Part shown: positions 55,118 through 64,000 of the stretch, in pieces
How the letters are laid out: every line of letters starts with the position of its first letter
Numbering within the stretch: position 1 is the first letter of the stretch
NCBI RefSeq assembly: GCF_006345805.1
Contig: NC_042999.1
Span: 53,320,001 to 53,384,000 of the forward strand
Reading direction: 5' to 3'
Origin: Octopus sinensis
Lineage: Eukaryota
Length of the DNA stretch: 64,000 nucleotides
Translations under genes and position numbers: made by a program
Notes under the pieces: generated by a model
The model's input: only the letters and a program-made list of their open reading frames with translations
Databases searched by the model: none
Told to the model about the DNA's origin: nothing

Positions 55118-55215
<98 letters not shown>

Positions 55216-55563
55216 CCACTACTCTTCCTTTCTGTTTCAGACTTTAAATTATCATTTTCCGGTCAATTGTCAATGCTGCCAACCTTATGATACCATGATT
55301 AGGATCAATAATTTCTTAATAAAGAAATTTAAATGTCAAAATTTAAAAAGCAGCGTTATTGTTTGAATGACGAAGCTGCATTGAGAACGCGACGTAAATG
55401 AAACCCACCGGTATCGTACGGGACCATATCTCCATGAAATTTCCACGAGAATATAAAGAGATACTTTGTTGTTTGATGGAATAAACATCGTGTGTTTTTA
55501 ATTGTTCTGTGACATTGAATTCTGTAGTCTTCATAGGAATAGCCGAGAACAATGAGAAACACT

Positions 55564-55608
<45 letters not shown>

Positions 55609-56253
55609 AGCAGAAAAAGAGAAACAAAAACAGCAAAAACAAGAGAAACAAAAAAAGTGATGTAAGAACGAAAGACAGCAAAACTAATGTAATTTTATAG
55701 CAGAAAAAACTCCGAAACTAGTCGAAATATATCAAAGCAAATTGTTATCTCGACACACAGTAATGAAACAACAATATCAAAACCTTTTTGTCTTGTGAAA
55801 GTTTCTATATCGACCGAAATAATCTATTGTATAAATCGTTTTTTCTACTAACGTAGAAGGGAAGAGGCGACGTATGTAAACAGATAAGAAATAGTATACA
55901 CTACATAGGATTTGTACATATGCATACCAATTAAAATAAGTTAAGCAACGTTTTTTTTTACATTAATCTGTCTGTGATATCTTTAGTTTCAATCTAATAC
56001 AAGCAAACGACTTAGGAAAGCCTACATAACATAAAACAAAAATGTTTAAATAAAGGGAAAAGAGGCGATCAAACGTAAATAGGTTGTGATTAGAATACAA
56101 TAAAGCAAGTGATAAACTTTAAATATAGAACGTGGCGTTCAGATGACAAATGATTACGTAATGGAATGCCAGGAGGGTGAGAGAGTTTAGATGGAAATAG
56201 ATTGCCAAATATATGCAGATATATATATATACATACACATAAATATATATAAA

Positions 56254-56293
<40 letters not shown>

Positions 56294-56356
56294 CATACAT
56301 ACATACATAACATACATACATAACATACATACATACATACATACATATGTATATAT

Positions 56357-56398
<42 letters not shown>

Positions 56399-59300
56399 AT
56401 ATAATATATATATATATATACATACACATAAATATATATAAAATACATACATATATATATATATATGTATGTATGTATGAGATTGATTGGTGTTATTTGT
56501 CGGATACAAGTAAATATACGATATTTAATCTACAATGATCGCAGTCAGCAAACCAAAACAACACATGTAAACAAGAATACTCTAAGGCAATGGTAGAATT
56601 ATTCTCAGTCTTTGGGTAAATATACCAGGAACCAATAAATCTTGATCTCATTGTAAATAACAGAACTGAAAAACAATGCAAATAGCATGAACATCTCAAC
56701 AGCGCCGAAATTATTGGTTAAAAGCTTTACGATGCCTGAAGATGTTGCTTGTGTTATATGATAGGAAATTAGCTACAGAAGATTAACAACTCGGGCAAAT
56801 AATATTAGACAAATCATGTGAAAATGAACTTCAAGGGAGATGAATGAGATTCTCTCTCCCTCTCCTCCCACCTCTCTCTCTCTTTCTTTCTCTCTCTTCT
56901 CTCTTGAAATTATTGGCAATTATAGCAGTAGCACAACAAAACGTATTTTACGAATGGAATTTAAAACTGTCGATGAAATAATAAACCGATTCATTTTCCA
57001 TGCGATTGTAAGAAGAGAAAGTCTTTAGGATGTAAATAAATATCTCCACAACGCGAAAAAGTACAGGAAATAAAACAAAAAATAAAAACAGAGAGGCAAA
57101 TGATAAAGCTCAGCATTACCAGATATAAACAAAGAAAATGAAAATATTTGAAGAAAAACATAAATATTTTTACGACATATATCGCCAAGGATGATAAATA
57201 AGTTATGGTATGAGAGTTGAAATTGGAAACTTTAACAAAAGCTTTAAGTTTGGAGTGATAACAGATTGGTAAATAAATATTCTTAATTATAAGGGATCGT
57301 GCGAAAGAAACCTCTTCCAGAAACATTCTATAGATGAATAAATAATTCGGATATAGCGATAAAATACATTCACTATGATTATTACAAACAGAGGTTTATT
57401 TGGAAAAGATCTAATGACACATAAGGTTGTTTTTCTCAACACATTCGACACAATAGAAAGCTTGTAACAGTTTGTAAACACACCGTAAGATTGACGTATA
57501 TCTGCTTTCATATAATAACAACAAAATGAGAGGACAATACCGTGTTTAAGAATTTAAGAAATGGAACAAAACGGAAATAATTTGTCTATTATCATTAAAC
57601 TCTTAGAACTGCTATAGGTATTTTCATAATCGCAAAATCCTACCAGCAGAGCATTGAACATATGTTAGATATAAATACACACTTATCATTAACAAAAATG
57701 TCGGAAGAACAATTGATTTAAGTGTCCCCTAATCGATTATACTTGAAGCACTCATATAATCTAGTATATTTGAAGCACTCATAATAAATACAGTACGGCT
57801 AAGTAGAATATTTCTGTCAATAAGCCATATAAACGAAGTAAATCATGAGAAGAGTGAGAGTTGGGAGTTAGATATATTCAAAAGAAGACGTTTGTCTGCT
57901 GAATGTCAAACGAATATGCTTCAGTAGAGAGAAACTCAAAACATATAATGAACTTAAAGTAAATAAACTAATGAACCAAATTAGTTCGGTATGGTAATTA
58001 ACTTCATTCATTCAACAAAACCCCACCACATCAAACCTCATTCAGTACTCTTCTGGCAACGCAGTGAAGCTTAGAACAATGACAGTTTCCAAACAAAACC
58101 TGAAAGAAAGAATTACTAATTACCGCATCCTTAGTGACTTAGAGTCGTTCACCATCTCACCATCATAACTGAAAGCATTAATGATAAAAGGAGAATATGA
58201 ATTTGTTCCATGGAGCACATTTATTACAACCTGTCTCATATCAAAGCCAAAACACAAACTTTAGATATAACATTTCAAATAAGGAATGACAGTGATGTGT
58301 ATAAACAAAGACTTGTAGCTACTTCGAATATGCTGCTGGCATATTCAGACCCGTACAAAATGCCATTCATTTGTATGTTATCTGCAACTGAGGAGAAAAT
58401 ATTCACTCTGAAGTGTACACGTCTAATAGTCTGGTTAGGGGGCGCAGTGAGCTGGCGCAGTACATTTGCACCTTTTTTGTCTACGCAAGAAGTTTTCACC
58501 ATGAGAAAATGTAGTAACTGGCTTCGAATATGTCTCAAGAATCATTCAAGGCAGCCCTCGAATATTTCATTGGAAATACTTTATATTACTATTCCAACAT
58601 TTAGAATATAATCAAAACAGATAATAAAGTACTGGGTATGTGAGCATTGACCCCGTAACAGCATAGTGGCGATGATGATACGATAAAATCTTCTACTCTT
58701 TCAATTTACCTGTTGTTGTTTTCCTTTTCTCATTTATATTCTTTGGATATTTACAACATACATATTCTTGTTTGACCTTTCACAGAATATTTTTTTCTGT
58801 TATAATCACAAAAGCAAAATATATGTATATTATTTTTTTCACGACAATACTATATTAAACTTTAAATTGAAATGAGAAACGGCGTAGGCATCTGTGTATC
58901 ATACGAAATGTATGAACAAGGTAGACATGCAAGCTACTGTGGTTCGCATGGATTTAAACAAATGTAATTAAGACTTTTCCTCTCGGAAAACAATGTAACA
59001 ATATATATCAAACGCTTCAAGAGTGTATATGCATTTAGTTTGCATACAGGTGCTTGCTTCGAATTAATGCTTTTTCAACTCCGTTCACCGAATTTTATAT
59101 TATTATTATTTATCTAGTGTCAGCTCACGAGCTGTGGCCATGCTGGGTCACCGCCATTTATATATAGATATATATTGTCAATAATAATAATAAGGGTAAA
59201 ATTAATTAATTAGTAATTAATAATTTTACCAAGCATGTATGTAAAAAGACCATTTACGGTATATTTAAAACTTTACTTTATATAAATAGGGTTCAGCAAT

Positions 59301-61801
59301 TTCCTCTACTATAAGAAGTATAGTAGAGGAAATAGCTAAATGCTTTGGCTGCTATTTCTAAAAGTTCGGTGTGTGGTAAAGTAATTTTTTTTTGCTGAAC
59401 CTTAATTATATATATATATATATATATATATTAATATTTCCTTCGAATTGTTACTTTTAGAATAAGGATCAACACTTTGAACCTTTGCTCCTGCTACTGA
59501 CAACAACAGGTAAAATAGTCGACTTGTATTTCTGTTAAGTGTAAATTGGCAACAGTAACGTAACTCCTGAGTTCCAGAATAGTGTACTTATGTGTATGGC
59601 AGTGGCGAGAGAAAAGCTGAAAAAAGTAGAGTTTGTGAATTTGTAAGTTAGGAAGTTCGTGAAAAGTAGTGTTATATAATTCTGGTGGAAATAATAAAGG
59701 GGATGTGTATGTGTGGCAGTGTGGGGAATAGGCATAGAGCGAGAGAGAGAGAGAGAGCGAGAGTGATCGAGAGAGAGAGAGAGAGAGAGAGAGTGAGAGA
59801 GAGTTACAAATCTCGGTATCCCAATATGTTAGATATTGTCATGGCGTCCATGCTTTCTGAGTGAAACAGAAGAGATGGAAACCGCTAGAAAGATTGTCCT
59901 ATGAATTGTGTTCGGAATTTTGAGGTCTAGCCTTATCCTCTGTATCACTGGTTCTTCACGACAATTACGTTAAAGGTGCATCCGTCAAGCCTGAACCCAA
60001 CGATTCTGATGTTAAACTAATCGACTAAGCATCTGCTCGAAAATGACGGATAATCTACAATTTATGAAGAAGCTTGAAAAACATCGATAATCTACTTATA
60101 ATGGTGTATTACCATTTGCCTTTTAGAATGGCGTCCAGAGACGCTTAAATATAAATAACTTTTCTGTTCCCTGTAAAATCAATGGTTAACTTAATTCATC
60201 GCCTGATTTAACAAGTTCTCTTTCGCTTGGATGAGTTTAGCAGTACCCACTCGGTTGTCAGTGTCCGTGCTAATCCTCTGATCTGTGAATAATGTCTTCC
60301 TTTCCACCCACCAGCCACGAAAGACCTAATATCGGCCTAAGTATTGTCATTATAAGAAAAAAAATTAATAAAACAGCGTTGATTCCAAAATATATCTGAT
60401 CGTGGAATGTCAAGTAATTATCTTGAAAAATGTTATATGTTGCATCGACCACTCGAGACTTGATTATTGCATTACCGCCTAAAATAGTAGCAATATGACA
60501 TCTTGGTTATCAACGAATCTATCAATGACAATATCATTCATATTTAAAATATGACTACATTTAATAACATAGTCATTAATTTATAATTCACTCAAACCCG
60601 TATGGCAAATTTACATCGAATAGAAACGGAATGAATTCCTACATATGATATTTATAAAAGAAATGCATCCAAAATTACTAAGATCATTTTTGTGAGGAAT
60701 GAGTTACAAATATACTGAAAGTGTTCCATTGCATATGACTGAAAATAGGTTTAATTTCAATCTTTGCTGTTATAAACCAACATCGACCAATCAAAAACAT
60801 TCCAACCGTGACAGTCTCATCTACTTAGGAATGATCATTCATTGGATTACAAATCTTTGCCCATGAATGCATTATTCCAGTTTTCATTTCCGCTATTCAG
60901 GATAAAGGAAGGGTTCCATGATCCTTTACCCGGCCGCCGAAAAATCCTACCCTTCTTTCATATACTTGCTAGAGACCCGACACGACTTCCATCAACGCCA
61001 TCATCTGGCATCTAAGGTTGCTAGTAGAAGGATGCTAAAGCGAAAACAGTATTAATTCATATGTTAGCATTCGATTGTAAAGACTTTTAGCTGCCTCATC
61101 ATATCTCAAGAGTTATTATCCTCCTATCAAATCTAAGCAACAGCAAATCAGGTCAATATCATTCGAAAGATCACTATGGCATTCATTGTATATTTCCAGG
61201 CAGTACTTAGGTCACATCAGCAATGGTTGAATAGGTGATGTGAGCCTAAAATTGTTCCAAAGATATTCATCGCATGCTTGGTAGATCTAGGGCTAAAATA
61301 TTCCATGTAACTTTCGGTTTAAGGCAGGATTTGGGAAAGATTTGTCTGCTACCTGTCGCATATGGAGCTAACCAGAAATATTATCTGTTTCAGGTTCGGT
61401 TCAGGATTCGGGTTGAAGCTTTGTTTTTGGTGAGGTTAAGAATTCCTGCCGCTGTCGCCTCTCGTTCAATCGAATAGAAGCCATTTCATTGGTTGACATT
61501 CAGCAGCTCTCTCGACGTCAAAGCAACTCATTGATAACACATTATGGAAGCATGAAATTTAAATGCAATCAGTCGGTTTGGGTGTCCCATTCGAAATCGA
61601 ATGACATTTTATATGGGCATGATGATTATTAGTATTCACACACAGACACACACACACACATGCACCCAAGCACACACATACTCACACACATACACACAGA
61701 CATATACATATATATATATATATTATATATATATATATATATATAACATACGCTCATGGAAATATGTGTATCTATATATATACATATGCTTGTGTGTGTG
61801 C

Positions 61802-61960
61802 AGGCGCGTGGCTTAGTACTTAGGATCTTGTACTCCTGATCGTAAGATTGTGGTTTAAATTCTTGGGCAAGCGATATGTTGTGTTCTTGCGCAAAACACT
61901 GCATTTCACGTTGCCCCAGTCTACTGAATTGCCAAAAATCAGTAATCGTGCGATGGAACA
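61802..61960 (+). mobile_element. Diverged tRNA-derived SINE (B-related)
   Basis: GGCGCGTGGCTTAGT...TTCTTGCGCAAAACACTGCATTTCACGTT. Confidence 0.6.
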
Positions 61961-62834
61961 CTCACATGAAGTGTTTGAAACAAACGGCATCTAAAGTTGA
62001 AATTGGAACTACCAAACATCTGAAGAGATTTAACCCAGACTTGTATCGATAGGTGTTTGTCGAGTCTGTTCGATATAAAAGCCAGAGTCTCTTTTCGAAA
62101 AATGGTTGGACTCCTTGAATGATGTCACCGTTCCATACGCTTGCTTGTGTACGTGTGCGTGCATGCGTTTCTCTGTGTGTGCGCGCGCGCAATTACAAAG
62201 CCCTAGAAAAGCCACTGACAACCAAGATTATCACCCACATACATCTGGTCTAGTTTAGCATAAGTCTCCCTTGCTGATGTCCCTCGTAACTGTTTACGAC
62301 CCGTTAACAGAAAAGCAAGTATAGAAATACTTGCCTTGTATTGTACTGTGCTTCCTCTCCTGGTTTCGGTACCCAAGACACAGACACCCTTCCCACACAC
62401 ATATGCTTCATTTAACAGAAGAACAATATGAAAGTGCAAATTTTGCATTTGTCAAACCCGTTGATAGATGCAACGTTTATTTGCAGGTGAACATTACCTG
62501 AGTTTTTGCCATTTACAGCTTTTCGCACAACGAACAGTGATATCGGTTAGATCAATAAAGCGTGACCAATAATGCCTCTGTTAATCTACAACTGCCCTTT
62601 AAACATCAAGCTAGTTTATTAACAGCTGGATTTAAGTGTTTCGTTTGGAATTAGCCGCAAACACACCCAGTCCGCGCATAAACACATACGCACAAACTCA
62701 TATACATATTCGTTACGTGTGTCTCTCAAGTGCATACATATACGAAAGTGCATATTTTCGTGTTTGTGTTTATGTATGAAGAGGTGGTTTTATCCTGGGT
62801 AGAAGAAACAAGATAGATAAAAGTTCCATACATG

Positions 62835-63090
62835 AGCGTGTGAAAGGTAGGAGAGTCCAGTTTGCTGGACATTGTTGTAGAGCTGAAAAAGAAGTAATTT
62901 CTACTCTTCTCTGGAAGCCATCTACTCGCAATACCAGAGGGCGCACACTCTCCTACCCTGATGTAATCTCCAGGGATACAGGCATTCAGCAACAGGACCT
63001 CCGTAATGCCATGATGGACCTTGAAGTCTGGCGTAGCATGGTAAATTCCATTGTCTCGACCACGGTCGAACAATGAGGATGATGATGTGT
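62835..63090 (+). mobile_element. 5'-truncated RTE-clade LINE 3' end
   Basis: RRVQFAGHCCR...LLWKP...RGRTLSYPDVISRDTG...AMMDLEVWR followed by a (GAT)n tail. Confidence 0.8.
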
Positions 63091-63699
63091 ATACTTATTT
63101 TTTGAAAGAGAACAATCTTACCTTACTGAGTCAAGTATTGCTCCGCTTACACATTGTATCTGTAATGTGTGGGTCAGTTGGTAAATTTCTTTTTCTGAAA
63201 ATCGAACCATATCAAGACTAACAGTTAGGCATTTGCATACAAAACCGAGTGCTCCAATTATTATTGGTATAAATGTAAACTTTCAATTCGGATATAGAAG
63301 CTGGCGGTTTCGATACCGTTGTGTATAGTTATCTTCTTTCTCTTTGCTTTTCAAAGAGATATTCACATAAGCAGAACAGCTGACTTGCGTGACGGCACAC
63401 GCCTTTTTCTTGTCTGTCCCAAACAACAATATCAGGACCGTTATGCTTAAACTCGTTATATGTTTACACTTGACAGATGCTTACATTTGACATGTTTTAA
63501 TGAGAATGTTCCACCAGTATTCATTGTGTTGATATTTGAGTGCGTATTCGATAACAATGGGGTTCTCTATATTTATGCCAGGATCGTCTGTTTTTACGAA
63601 TGGCATTGCATATCATTTCTACGACAACGTTACGTTGTAGAGGGAAGTAGATCCTTGATGACATCTTTGGGTAGCTGCTAATCACATAATAATATGATA

Positions 63700-64000
63700 A
63701 TTTACAATTACGATGAACTCTAAGGACTTCACTGTCTTTTTTGTCGATTAGATATTTACGAGCAATTTCCTGTTCTTGGATTGCAAATGAATAATCTTCC
63801 AAGTGTGATGTGAGGCAGAGGTCATAGTCCAAGAGCGGCTTCCCTTCATGTCAATATTACTATCTTCAAGTTTTCGACAAATGTACCCATACATGTTCTT
63901 TGTATGGTATGCTGAGTATTTCACCTCCAGGGGATCTTTGAGACATGCTAGTCCGGCTGATTTGGGTTTGTATGGGAGGTCATCAAAAAGAGAGCATTTC
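63700..64000 (-). mobile_element. RLE-type LINE fragment
   Basis: Minus-strand MYGYICRKL...LTSHLEDYSFAIQEQEIARKYL resembles the HG...AIQEQ motif of the post-RT region. Confidence 0.55.

Noticed and set aside
58000-58620. Possible decayed RT on the minus strand; similar hints at ~18050-18250, 50800-52500 and 60800-61500
   Set aside because: Motifs too degenerate to support a family call without a profile search.
63300-63445. Minus-strand stem GATATTGTTGT/ACAACGGTATC followed by GAAAC
   Set aside because: No CUGANGA core and no cleavage triplet.

Overview
AT-rich, repeat-saturated animal genomic DNA. The tRNA-derived SINE families and extreme microsatellite load suggest an octopus (coleoid cephalopod) genome; this is an inference, not a database result. 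Only one credible protein-coding gene is present: an intact single-exon class A neuropeptide GPCR (14704-16020, +), just after a 100-N scaffold gap. It belongs to the vasopressin/CCAP-NPS/GnRH-related group and may be an achatin (D-amino-acid peptide) receptor; it carries a W6.48->L substitution. The rest is large (TA/TATG)n arrays, three SINE families, and decayed L2/CR1-like, R4/Dong-like, RTE, Penelope and mariner elements. The most notable non-coding signal is a set of four to five minimal type I hammerhead ribozyme motifs with palindromic stem III (Penelope/retrozyme style). One (275-362, -) has a fully canonical core. There are also several long palindromes and a 3' tail shared between a LINE and a SINE. 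Nearly all other ORFs in the track are microsatellite artefacts. Boundaries of decayed repeats are approximate.
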